64,000 bases of DNA from Cyanidioschyzon merolae (taxonomy: Eukaryota), in the NCBI GenBank assembly GCA_000091205.1, contig AP006485.2. One strand, written 5' to 3'. The translations under genes were made by a program, and so were the position numbers. Positions 1 to 10,535 of this stretch are shown piece by piece. Position 1 is the stretch's first letter, and each line of letters opens with the position of its first letter. The notes beneath the pieces are model-generated. The model did not search any database and was not told where the DNA came from. It saw nothing but the letters and a program-made list of their open reading frames with translations.

Positions 1-125
1 CTGTCGTCCGTCATGTCCGGCATACAATACTTCCGAGCCTCGCAAATCTTGATCAACTCCAGCTGCTTACCCTTCAGGTCTTTGGCTGCGTCCTCTTGCT
101 TTGGACTTGCGGCGACCGCCATCAT
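1..125 (-). CDS. Partial CDS (N-terminus only; gene continues beyond the window start), product unknown
   Basis: Reverse-complement of 1-125 reads ATG ATG GCG... = 'MMAVAASPKQEDAAKDLKGKQLELIKICEARKYCMPDMTDD' in one open frame running off the 5' edge of the window. It is under 60 aa in-window, so it is absent from the ORF track. No family recognised. Confidence 0.25.
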   Translation of the reverse strand, partial: MMAVAASPKQEDAAKDLKGKQLELIKICEARKYCMPDMTDD

Positions 126-2563
126 GCGTTTCAGCTCGGACCGATGAACACCTTGGATTCCTTCTCTTCATCCGCCTTGAACGGTTAGAAATGTTTGTCG
201 CTGCTCAACTGAGGCATACGTTTCATGAAATACATGTAGACTGATATACCATCGTGCTCACTTGTCCGTTTAGTCATCACTTCAGTTCCGCCGCGCGCAC
301 GAGAATCCTTGAACCAGTGCCGCCAATGTTCACAGCGAAGTTGTATGCATACTGCATACCTGATCGCCGAGACCAGCAGTTGTTCAAAGAGCACGCGATG
401 ATATACTATACGCAAGTGTCTACAGTGACATGTCGAAATGTACCATGGGAATTTGGACAGGTGGCAGCCCTGCGCCCGGCACTCCTACAAACAGTTGCTC
501 GACGAATTGCTTCAAGTCGAGGAAAGCTACGCGAAACATCCCAAAGCGAAAGGCTACGCGATCCCGAATGACGTTCAGCATCTCACGGTACGGAAGTTTC
601 TCCCTGCCAGTGTGTTTCAGTGCCCAAACGACGATAACATTTTGAGATGGAATTTTTTGCCAGAACAGTTTCTCGTTCGCCGCCCTTCTTGTCCTCTGTT
701 CCGGCGGATTTGAACCTTCTTTGTCTTGTGGATTCTTCTCCTTCTCTGCTGCTTGGTGCAGTACCATGTCTACGTTCACTGGGCTCTGCGTGTGCTTTCT
801 TCCGCGGCAGTGAGAAGGCTTTGGTGGACGGTGGTGCTCGAATACGCATTCTCGATGTATACATCTATTCTGCCTTACGTATCTTCTCGTCATATTCTCC
901 GTGGTGAGCATGCCCACAGGCCGAGGCGAGCATTCCTTCACCTGTCCGGGCAAGAGCACAAAAGCTACAAAGCAGTTCAGGGCTGGTGAATGTAGAACAA
1001 GATTTGTGGAAAAATGACACGCTGGAGAACGGTGTCATGGATGTGAACGGATCCACGATCGATACGTGAGCGTAAAAATAGTTTTGACGACATAGAATAC
1101 TCCTTCTACTGGACTGCACAGCGGAGATTACAGTGGAATGAAAAGCAGGCCAACGTCAGAGTCAGCCCCGCAATACTTGACCGTCTTTGAGTGCTGGAAA
1201 GCGACTTTGCCGTTGGGCATGATAGAAGAATGTGCGACAGTGAAGCCACTCAGTAGCTCTACGATGGATGAGGCTTTGAACGATTCGGTCTTTTGGGCGA
1301 TTTGTGGTCGACTAGAGGATCGAATCGCAGCCAGGGCTGATGTTTTCGGAGTTCTCGTGCGTGCCTCCTGTGCGATTCGTATTGTCGACTCTTCGAATGC
1401 CCGTGTACAAGTCCACCATATCTCCCGAACAATGTTCATCAAGTGAGACGAACACAAGTCCGTCCAGCTATAAGCGTTCGCGTCCTATTGGGAAACCCGC
1501 AGTGTGTTGTCGAACGAACGATAGAGACCCATGGAAGCGTGCTCTTTTCTTTGTCCACCCAAGTCTCATCCCCTTCGGTTGTCTCAACAATACGGAAACT
1601 TCACATCCTGGGGATCCGTGGTTGGTACCCCCTGGAGAGCGTACGAAGTGGAATAGATTGACAAGGAGACAGCCCCGTACACGGAGCAGAATAAGTCCTT
1701 TTTCGCGTGCAGGACGCTCATGAAAAGGACGACAGGGAAGGTGGTTCATCCGCCTGCAGAACATAGAATGACAGACATGAACAAATAAGGTGTTTTGGCG
1801 AGCAATCTGCTATAGCGTACTATATTTCTGCGGCCTTTCTTCATCTTACAGAAAAAATTCTTCTCGTTCGATACCTGCGAAAGAAGCTAACCAAAAACAA
1901 AAAGTGTTTGCTCTTCCAAGTGTGCTGCAATTCACTGCTTTAACTGCGGCGCATATCGAGAATCGAGGTCCTATTTCATTGCATGGCATATGACTATATT
2001 TTACAGCACTGAATAGCGCTGTCGTAGATGATCATAAAGAAACGATAAACGTTTCAAGAGGATATAATGTATTCATATATCTATTCATAGGCGACTCCGA
2101 GCCTCGTTTGACGGCCCCCGGCTACCTGCTTGAGCTTTCCCTTGAGCAAATCGAGCGTGAGAGGCTGCCCTACAAAATTTGACCGCCCCAGCTCCTCGGG
2201 GCTCGTATTCTGCACCACACGTCGTCTGATATGGATGGACGCAATGAAGTCTCGGCTCTCGAACTCCACACGTTTATTGCCTCTGGTGGAACTCGCAATT
2301 GCAAGGATAGGTAGACCTCGTGCACTCTGTGCCACTGCGGCTTCGTCATGCTCTCATTGCGCGAACACATTTCCCCACCTATCTCCCCTTTTCTTACCCT
2401 TCTTCTTCGTCACTTGCTCTTCTTCGCTCGATTGCCGGCGAGAAGAGGATTTTTCGTCCATCCCCGACTACCGAAGATAACCGCATTCCGGGGCCCACGA
2501 GTTGCGTATCGATACCGTTCCCTTGGAATTTTCGTTTCTTCAACTGAAGACACTGGTCTATGC

Positions 2564-3540
2564 CGTTAGGTGAGGACCTTCCCGCACCGAGCAGCACATG
2601 CGGAAGAAAGACAAAATGCGCCCCGATGTGTCACCGTGCGCTGAATGCTTCAGCGATTCGCCCGGTGGAACGGTCATTAGGTTTCACGATAGAAAACATT
2701 CCGCCGATGCAGTTGGAACACGGAGCGCACGGAGGAATGAAAAGCAGCTTTGCCCCGAGAGAATCAGCAAAAGCTCGACCGCAAGGGTAATAATGAAATG
2801 TCACGCTGTCCAAGAGAAGAATATCGCCAGACGCCAGGGGAAAAGTCTTTTGTGATTTGACGAAGTGGTTGGTGCTGCTGTATGAGCCTTCTCTACGAGC
2901 GAAAACCGAGGCATCCAAATGAATCCACTCTAGCGAGAAGAGATTGGTCCGCGCTCTCTTCGGGTTCGATCGTGGATACATGGGGCTCCCTGCCCCGCGA
3001 ATACCCATGTACATTCCGACCGATTCTTCTGGAACAAGTCTCATTGGCTGGAAAAATGAACCGACGTCCCTAAGGATCATACCGATTGAGACGTTCTAGG
3101 AACACTGTAGATGCGATTTTGGTGCAAGATGGCCGTGACTGACGTTGGAACTTTTCTGCGATTGTACCCATCGTTTTCAGGATCAGACGAATTTGCTGTT
3201 AAGAAACAGAGATGCCCCAGGTGGCTTCGATTGAGGGTTTTACTTTCAGCAAAAGATGATCAATGATCCGTTTTCTACTATTTACAGAAACCAGTCCTTG
3301 AGAATAATAGTTTTTGAGCGCAGCTCGTATACTTGTTTCGTTCAGTGGCCCTCAGTTATCTGAGTACTGCGTTATGACTTTCCTGCAGGAGCCATGCAGT
3401 CCTCTATGCACTGTTCATAAAAAATATATGTGCAATAGGCAACTTGTGTACGATCTATGCGGTAAATTGCATAGTAGGTTCGATATCCTGCCATGCACAG
3501 CAGCGCAGGTGAAATATAATCGAGGTGAAAGACCATAACG
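2564..3540 (+). mobile_element. Truncated copy (5' about 1 kb) of the same transposable-element family as 25646-27900
   Basis: Nucleotide blocks are conserved with 25646-26600 in the same order and orientation, for example 'aggtgaggaccttc', 'gtgtcaccgtg', 'ttcacgatagaaaacattccg', 'ggaatgaaaagcagct', 'ctgagtactg...gcactgttca...aatata', 'taaattgcat'. Frameshifted ORF fragments show conservative aa substitutions between copies ('WGSLPREYPCTFRP' versus 'MGSLPGEWPCTLRP'; 'FHDRKH...RRNEKQL' in both), which implies decayed coding sequence. Homology stops near 3540. Confidence 0.6.
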
Positions 3541-3739
3541 ATCTGGCGTCAAGGACGCGAATGCAGTAGCCCTCACGAACGCTTTAGATTTTCGCTGTGG
3601 ATTTCCAGTGCAAAGTCTGCTGCACATAGCCACCTAAACTTTCACCTGGAGGTGCGACCTTCTCTCGAGGAGCAGGCCTTTAGAGTGCATCCGCAAGCCA
3701 AGCGGGCACCATGGCCGAGTTTCGCTCTGTAGGCCATTC

Positions 3740-5029
3740 TTAGTCTCTTTTCTGCAAATATTTTTGTCTAGGATCATCTATGTCTTCATATCGCGGCACA
3801 AGACGCACAAGAGGGTGCTCCTTGAGAGACGGCGCCACTTCAAGCGCAAACCGTGCCACCGCCGATAGGAATGCCCCAGCCGTTCCAATGGGTACAAAAA
3901 TGTAATGGAGCAGAAAGTTAATCTCTTTTGATGGAATAAACGCCCCAGGACCAGAGTCCCAGAATAAAATAAGCGTGGTGGCTGCTCCAAGCTGGATAAT
4001 ATCAGCTAACGCATAGGCCACCCAGTTTGGAAATGCTAGCTCGGCATCCATTTTCGCTCGTGCAGCATTGCCAGGCTCTCTATCAGCATTTTTGAGCGAG
4101 GACTTCGCGCCTCTGTTCCGGCGAGTCGCTTTCTTCGAAGAAGAATTGGTGATCTTATTTGCAAACTCCCCTCCAGCCTGATGAGCGAGGGGTTCAATTG
4201 TCGGTCTTGTGGTTTCGGAAGATGTGGCACCTGGTTTGGTCCCATATTTCGATCGGCCTGGCAAGACGTCTGCATCAGCAGCTTGTGCGGGACGCCCTTC
4301 AAGCGTTTCGGTGATGGCTCGCCTAAGAGACGCTTCCCACTCATCTGGGGAGCAAAAAACAAAGCGGCGGCGTAAGTTCTCTGTTACGCGGCCGTCTCCG
4401 TGAACACCATCGGAGAACTCTGCCAAGTCTCCCGCTTGGAGAATGAGTGGCTCGTCTCGGCCGACACACTGGAGTTTCATACAGCCGCTTTCATAGTACA
4501 CAACCTCATAATTTTCATATGTCACCGGATAGTCTTCAGCGGCTTCTTCAGTGACGGCGTCCCAGGACGTGATACCAAGTGGTTCGAGCAGCTCGGCGTT
4601 AAAGTCTCGGTAAACACGAATACGCACAGGCTCTTGTGTGTAGACAGACTTCACCTCATAGGTCTCAACCTCTCGACAAAGGTCAGCGGCGAGCGATAGT
4701 CCTCTATCAGAACGCGAATCCTTGCTGTGGACTTGCACTGCCCGGAGCGTTGCGACTGCGTGCTGTGAAACATCTCGGAGGCCACGTCGTGGTGCTTGCG
4801 CCCTCCTTGCCTGCTGACCACGAAGCAGCGGGTGCGTCGCCTTGGCCAAAGAGCCTGTTGCCAGCGGCTTTTTAGCTTTAACTAAAGCTGTAGGTATGAA
4901 CGCACTTGTACTTAGTGGCATCCGGGCCACGCAACGCTGTAGTCTTTGCGATTGATAACCTGCAAATGCCCTCACGTGAATGATCACAAAACCGCATCGG
5001 TTCGGCGGAAACGCCTCCTCGCGGAACAA
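3740..5029 (-). CDS. Cupin-fold protein (DUF861 / cupin_3-like) with C-terminal hydrophobic, probably transmembrane, segment
   Basis: 429-aa ORF. Central 'YEVVYYESGCMKLQCVGRDEPLILQAGDLAEFSDGVHGDGRVTENLRRRFVF' matches the small-barrel cupin_3 pattern. C-terminus 'WVAYALADIIQLGAATTLILFWDSGPGAF...FVPIGTAGAFLSAVARFAL' is hydrophobic. The true start may be the internal Met at about 4921 ('MPLSTSAF'). Confidence 0.5.
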   Translation of the reverse strand: MFREEAFPPNRCGFVIIHVRAFAGYQSQRLQRCVARMPLSTSAFIPTALVKAKKPLATGSLAKATHPLLRGQQARRAQAPRRGLRDVSQHAVATLRAVQVHSKDSRSDRGLSLAADLCREVETYEVKSVYTQEPVRIRVYRDFNAELLEPLGITSWDAVTEEAAEDYPVTYENYEVVYYESGCMKLQCVGRDEPLILQAGDLAEFSDGVHGDGRVTENLRRRFVFCSPDEWEASLRRAITETLEGRPAQAADADVLPGRSKYGTKPGATSSETTRPTIEPLAHQAGGEFANKITNSSSKKATRRNRGAKSSLKNADREPGNAARAKMDAELAFPNWVAYALADIIQLGAATTLILFWDSGPGAFIPSKEINFLLHYIFVPIGTAGAFLSAVARFALEVAPSLKEHPLVRLVPRYEDIDDPRQKYLQKRD

Positions 5030-5145
5030 AAATTATCTGGATAAATACGTACATAATTGTACGTCCATCCGGCGCTCGAGCGTTCAGCGTCGCTCGAGCT
5101 CTTCCCTGGAAATTTTGGGTCAACGTTGTCAGTACTCTTTGCGTC
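5030..5145. promoter_or_regulatory. Short divergent intergenic region, presumed bidirectional promoter, between the cupin gene (-) and Nbp35 (+)
   Basis: 116-bp gap between two divergently oriented start codons. No specific motif identified. Confidence 0.3.
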
Positions 5146-6132
5146 ATGACGGAAACTTCAGTTCCAGTGAGCTGCCCTGGAACAGAGTCGGAACAGGCCG
5201 GCAGAGCCGCGGCTTGCTATGGCTGCCCAAACCAAACGGCTTGTGCCGCTGGGAAGAACACAACTGTGGACCCAGATCGCGTGGCTATAGCGAACCGACT
5301 GGCTGGTGTTCAGAGAGTCCTCTTTGTCGTAGCGAACAAAGGGGGTTGCGGTAAGTCTTCTGTTGCTGCGCAGCTAGCGTTTGCTTTTGCTTCCGGCGTT
5401 GCCTGTGAAGCGGTTGACAGGGAGCTTGAAGTTGGACTTCTCGATGCTGATGTGACGGGACCGTCGATTCCGCACTTACTTTCTATCGCAGAGGAAGAAG
5501 TGCACCAATCGGCCACTGGCTGGCAGCCTGTGTACGTCCGGGGCAATCTAGCTGCCATGTCAATTGGTTTTATGCTTCCGTCAAAGGATGACGCGGTTGC
5601 TTGGCGAGGAGCGCGGAAAACGGGTCTTTTAAAACAGTTCCTGAGAGATGTCGACTGGGGCGATTATCTCGACTGGCTCATTATCGATATGCCGCCGGGG
5701 ACATCGGACGAGCACATTACGCTAACGCAAGCCTTAGCAGGGATTGCGAACACTGCAGCGCTCATTGTTGCTACTCCTCAAGAGGTCGCCCTCTTGGATG
5801 TACGTAAGCAGGTACGCTTTTGCGAGCGTGCCGGCGTTCCCATTGTGGGTATCGTCGAGAATATGTCGTACTATACGTGCCGCCATTGCGGTCATCAGGA
5901 GGAAATTTTTACGCCAACAACTGGTGGAGTGCAAGCCCTTTGCAACGACAGTGGCGTTCGCTTCCTAGGTAGGATTCCTTTGGATCCGGCACTGATGCGA
6001 GCCTCTGACCTCGGGGAGGCGATCCTAAATTACGATTGTCCCGCCCGCGATGCAATTTTCGAGCTTGCCCGACACATTGGAAAAGCTTTCTCTCCAAAGA
6101 CGATAGCAAGCCTCGAAGTGGAGAGCTCATGA
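5146..6132 (+). CDS. NBP35: Cytosolic Fe-S cluster assembly factor Nbp35/NUBP1 (Mrp/NBP35 P-loop ATPase)
   Basis: ATG verified at 5146. The N-terminal 4-Cys ferredoxin-like motif 'CPGTESEQAGRAAACYGCPNQTAC' is typical of Nbp35 rather than Cfd1. Deviant Walker A 'VVANKGGCGKSS', 'IIDMPPGTSDEH' and the C-terminal 'CRHCGH' (CxxC) Fe-S bridging motif are present. Confidence 0.9.
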   Translation: MTETSVPVSCPGTESEQAGRAAACYGCPNQTACAAGKNTTVDPDRVAIANRLAGVQRVLFVVANKGGCGKSSVAAQLAFAFASGVACEAVDRELEVGLLDADVTGPSIPHLLSIAEEEVHQSATGWQPVYVRGNLAAMSIGFMLPSKDDAVAWRGARKTGLLKQFLRDVDWGDYLDWLIIDMPPGTSDEHITLTQALAGIANTAALIVATPQEVALLDVRKQVRFCERAGVPIVGIVENMSYYTCRHCGHQEEIFTPTTGGVQALCNDSGVRFLGRIPLDPALMRASDLGEAILNYDCPARDAIFELARHIGKAFSPKTIASLEVESS

Positions 6133-7322
6133 TCGTTGCATGTTGTTTCCTGGTTTTGTACGGCTTGCTGGAAAGCGTCTCGGGCCGCTTGTGTCCAGTT
6201 GTGATGATGTAAATAGAATCGAATTCATCACGTTCTATACCGAGGCCGCTGCAGAGCTCGTGAATAACTCTCAGACCGAAATGATGAGCAAATGTGAATG
6301 GAGCTTTGTGATGCCGCTAAAATATCTGCATTATAAGCTAGGAGCGGATGCTGAAGTGGCTATGTCCTTATCTTCTAAATGCATCGAACCTGGCGGGTAG
6401 CGCACCTCTGTAAGCTGATGTTCAACACTCGAGCGGTCCGGGTTCCGGCTCCAAAGAGACCCCTATTTGGGTCCAGTGATTGCGAAAAGTCTTTTTCGAA
6501 GCAGAGCATTTTCGTCAGCAGGAGTGAAGCTTGTTTTCCTGCTCTGAACAAACATGCTGCGCATCCAAACAACCATGATGAAGCGCACGTCGGTGAGTTC
6601 CTGGTCGATGAGGATGCCACGAACGAATATTTTTCAAAGTCTGTCTCGATATAACATTCTTTACAAGATCTGGCTGTACGCTCGCTCACGGAATGCGATG
6701 TTTCTCATTTGGTTCTCTTGGTTAAATTCACAATTCGAATCATACACTCATTTGAGAATAAATGTTAGAATGCCTCTTTGAAGGGATTACATTCTCAAGT
6801 TCGAGTCTGTTCCCAATGTCATCAGAATTAGCCTTTGCGGCCTTATCTGCGACCGCTCCTATTATTCTTTGTTATCTTTGACTTGGAATACGACGGTCTC
6901 TCGTTTCCTCTTAGTCCCGCTGTCAGTGGTCGAAAGATGTTGATGGCAGCATTGAATTCCCGATTTCTGAGTTTCCAGCCGCTGGCGACGCATTTGATGC
7001 AAAAACAGTAGTTGCCATCGACGCACGGCTTGCCATTTTCATCTTTTTTGTATGCAGCCTCTTTGCGCCCTCTCGCAGCGGTGACACTTGGTTGTCCTCA
7101 GGTGTTCCTAAATATCACCCACAGCCTCTCATCCGTGGACCGCCTCGTGCTCCGTGAACGCTTGGTTTAGCGCTCGGCACATACACTTGACGGATACAGA
7201 TGGCTACTTTCGATATCCTCCACCGATTCCAGCTGCGGTGCTGTGCCCTACGATCACGTGCCTCTTACAGGTGATCTCCTCCATGAGTACCGATTCTGCT
7301 GGAGGCGCGAGTCCGCAGTTTT

Positions 7323-7438
7323 CCATTCTATTGACAATTAGTGTAACGCTATGCTGTCCATGATGAATCGTGAATTGGAACCATCCTATTGACAAGTAGT
7401 GTAACGCGATGCTCTCTATGATGAATATTGATTTGGAA
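7323..7438. repeat. 58-bp tandem duplication (2 copies, about 80% identical), intergenic
   Basis: 7323-7380 'ccattctattgacaattagtgtaacgctatgctgtccatgatgaatcgtgaattggaa' is followed directly by 7381-7438 'ccatcctattgacaagtagtgtaacgcgatgctctctatgatgaatattgatttggaa'. Confidence 0.8.
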
Positions 7439-8168
7439 GGTTAATTCTACTGATGCAGCATATGTCGACACATTTTAATGTGACCATGCCACTTTCGCGC
7501 AAGGCGATAAAGTGCACTCCAAACGAGAACATCTCTTTGGTGACTTAAGTCAGAGTCTATGATTCTTTTCAATGTAAACAGTACATGGAGGCCCCTGTGA
7601 GCATGTCCAGTGAGACGCATCATCTCGTTCTCGCATCTCTTTCCGCCGAGGACCACCAAGAGGGCAGGAAGTGTCTTCAGAACGGAATCGATGATTTGAG
7701 AAAGAAATATTCAGCGAAGTTGAGCTATAAGTCAATAAAGAAGTCGCCTCTGGGCTTCGCTGAATTTTCATGCTCGTTAACTCAGCAGCGCTAATTGCTC
7801 TGCTAGTGAGTTACCTTGAATCAGAAAGATCGAATACACAAAGAATGCAAGATTTGAGCATGCGACACGTTATTAACGGAGAATCTTGGAGGCTTCCATT
7901 CATGAACTTGATGATACTGTCGTTTATTCTACGAATTCTTGTTCGAGAACTTCCCGTATCATCTTGTTAACGTCAGAGGAACGAATTCCAGCGAAACAGC
8001 ATCTGAGGAGGCACACCGAAAAGGCGATCGAGAATCCTAAAGCTACGTATGAATCTTTAAACCCTTATTGCTGCCTTTCGAATGTCAAGATTATACGTCG
8101 AAATTTATTCTCAAAAACCCGAAAGCCAGGAACAGAACAAGCAGTTCAGTGTCCCATTTTTATCCACC

Positions 8169-8939
8169 CTAGTCATAGGTGTAAAAACCTCTTTTAGTCT
8201 TGCGCCCGAGCCAACCAGCATCAACATATTTGACCAGCAGTGGGGATGCTCTATACTTTACAGAACCCCCGGGGAGCCCTTGTTCAAGCACACGCAAAAT
8301 ATTGAGGCAAGTATCGAGGCCGATAAAGTCGGCTAGTGCCAACGGACCCATGGGCACGTTCGTTCCGAGCTTCATAATTCGATCGATATCCTTCGCATCT
8401 GCGGTCCCTTCACGTAGCGTTTCAATCGCTTCGTTGATGTAAGGCATGAGTATTCGATTCGAGACGAAACCTGGGCTATCAGACACACACCGCGCGCACT
8501 CTTTTCCCATTTTACGAGCAAGTGACTCCGTGACTTCAACAGTATTTTCCGACGTTCGTAACCCACAGACGATCTCTACGATATTCATTCGTTGTACGGG
8601 GTAAAAGAAATGCATGCCAATGAAGTTTTCCGGAAACTTCGAAGTAGCCGCGAGTCTCGTAATCGATAACGACGACGTGTTACTCGCCAAGACGACATGT
8701 TCCGTCCAGACTCGGGCTTCTTCGAGAGCTTTGTAAACAGCAACTTTTGTCTCGAACACTTCTGGTACGGCCTCGATAAGGAATTCGGCACCTCGAAGGA
8801 CGTTAATGTCCTTTTCGGGTTCTTTTACGGGATCGTACCGTAGGACGGTGCAACCAGACCTCTGGCCGAGGACTTCAGCAATACCGGAGCCCATCTGACC
8901 CGCAGCGCCCAGTACGCCGACAATCCTAGGAACCTGCAT
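8169..8939 (-). CDS. 3-hydroxyacyl-CoA (3-hydroxybutyryl-CoA) dehydrogenase, short-chain HADH family
   Basis: N-terminal Rossmann 'VGVLGAAGQMGSGIAEV'. 'LASNTSSLSIT', 'GMHFFYPVQRMNIVEIV', 'PGFVSNRILMPYINEA', 'GPLALADFIGLD', 'GWLGRKTKRGFYTY' are colinear with the Hbd/HADH family. Confidence 0.85.
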   Translation of the reverse strand: MQVPRIVGVLGAAGQMGSGIAEVLGQRSGCTVLRYDPVKEPEKDINVLRGAEFLIEAVPEVFETKVAVYKALEEARVWTEHVVLASNTSSLSITRLAATSKFPENFIGMHFFYPVQRMNIVEIVCGLRTSENTVEVTESLARKMGKECARCVSDSPGFVSNRILMPYINEAIETLREGTADAKDIDRIMKLGTNVPMGPLALADFIGLDTCLNILRVLEQGLPGGSVKYRASPLLVKYVDAGWLGRKTKRGFYTYD

Positions 8940-8991
8940 CTCTTACGAGGGGCGTGCAGCGCTTGCGGGAAGCAGTTCCCAAGGCGTGTGC

Positions 8992-9129
8992 TCAGCGCGC
9001 CTCCAGCTGGATGGGTTTCTTCGTTCGCAGCTTGTAGACGTAGCGACACGAACAGAAGTTGCACCGGACGGTTTCGTTCACGTCGAGTTCAAAAATCTGT
9101 CCACACTCACCACAAATATACCGAGTCAT
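8992..9129 (-). CDS. RPB12: DNA-directed RNA polymerases I/II/III subunit RPABC4 (Rpb12 / POLR2K), 45 aa
   Basis: The minus strand from the ATG at 9129 reads 'MTRYICGECGQIFELDVNETVRCNFCSCRYVYKLRTKKPIQLEAR*'. It has CxxC...CxxC zinc-ribbon spacing and a 'YKKRTK'-like tail as in Rpb12/POLR2K. It lies 53 bp upstream of the HADH start on the same strand. It is not in the ORF track because it is under 60 aa. Confidence 0.8.
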   Translation of the reverse strand: MTRYICGECGQIFELDVNETVRCNFCSCRYVYKLRTKKPIQLEAR

Positions 9130-10535
9130 GGGAGTCCCAAAACCTGTTTAGGATCAACGTCCCGCGTTCGAGGCTGCCTCGAAAGCAATCCGCGCGTGCA
9201 CGCAGTCACAGGAACACATACTATCGCAGCAGCTGCGTGCGTGCGAGCATCTGTCACGCGGCCAGCAGCAGGTCACGCAATGCTGGCCCGATGCAGCGAT
9301 CTTGCGCGTCACGCAATGGAGCACGATGCACCCGCAGGCCAGAATCGCTGCCTCGCTGACCTGCCCAAGGAGCGTCGCTCTGAACATAGCTTTGTTTCTT
9401 CATGTGCGGGTTAAAAGACACTGGCTCATATTTATCGATTGCATGGACGCATATGATGGCGAGGGCAAGAACTTCGGCGCCTCTACCGAATCTTTCAAAC
9501 ATCCTCAACTTGTGTCCATTGGTCCGGTAGCAAAGCACATCTGAATATTTCAGCGACGCAGCGGTGTCGAGCATGCGGCGGGCCGTTCTTCTGGCGCGGG
9601 CTGCGCTACCACGGGAGCAATGCGTGGAGAGGACGACTCTGATGTACCCCTGCGACAAATCCTGTTCTTTCGGTCAATATTCATTACGGTAATACATGTG
9701 CGCCTGAATTCCTCAATACGGACTAGATGTAGTGCATTGTCCCGGAAAAACACCAGTGTCTATCCGAAAATACATGCCGGTGACGATAATCTACATGCAG
9801 CCTGCTGGCACAGTAGCCCACTAGATCCAGTGTATGAATCTCAAAATCGCCGACTGTGTTGCTGAAGTCGCGAAGTTAGACTTCCGCCCACTGGAGCACA
9901 GACAGACAGAAACGATTACGAGCCTCCATCTGCGACAGAGTCGGTAAGCACAAGCTCTTTCAGCGAATAATCCTCAGAGGGTTTTGCTCTTTCTCGGGAT
10001 GAAACTCGTATATCCGATACGCTCCCTGGCACGGCTCTATTTTTGGCAGGTGCCGGGATAAACACAACCGCTATATATCGGGACAGATGCAAGGTAGCGA
10101 AGCAGGCTATATCCGCGTCGTTTCGAGCGATCGGCAGGTTTGATACATTCGCTCTACATTACGGAAACTGCGTAGAACACGCACGAGATTCAAGAGCATC
10201 GCTTCGGATGCAGCATTACCTGCATTTCTCCGAAACGAATTGTAATCAGGCAGCAGAGTGGACCAACTGGAATGATGGGATGTGATCGCTGCCATGATAT
10301 TCTTTTCAGAGGATATCCTACTCTCATTTGTGGGACTATGTGCTCCAGGATGACCAATAGTCAGAGACAGCTTTCTTGAAATACAGCTGGAAATTTCAGC
10401 CGGATGAACAGCAAGGCTGTCCTGGCCTCTTTTAGAGCGGCGGGCGCGTTCACTTAAGTCAGGACTTCAAGTGCTGTTGTGTCACAAGTTTAGCCACAGC
10501 GTAAATCGGCACTTCTTGAGACAAACGGCAATACA

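Noticed and set aside
420-959. 179-aa minus-strand ORF and overlapping plus-strand ORFs in the first kilobase
   Set aside because: No family similarity on either strand, and the mutually overlapping frames suggest chance ORFs. A real but unrecognised gene cannot be excluded.
2940-2975. 'GGGTTCGATCGTGG' tRNA-like box inside element copy A
   Set aside because: Same problem: no cloverleaf. The block is part of the conserved element sequence shared with copy B.
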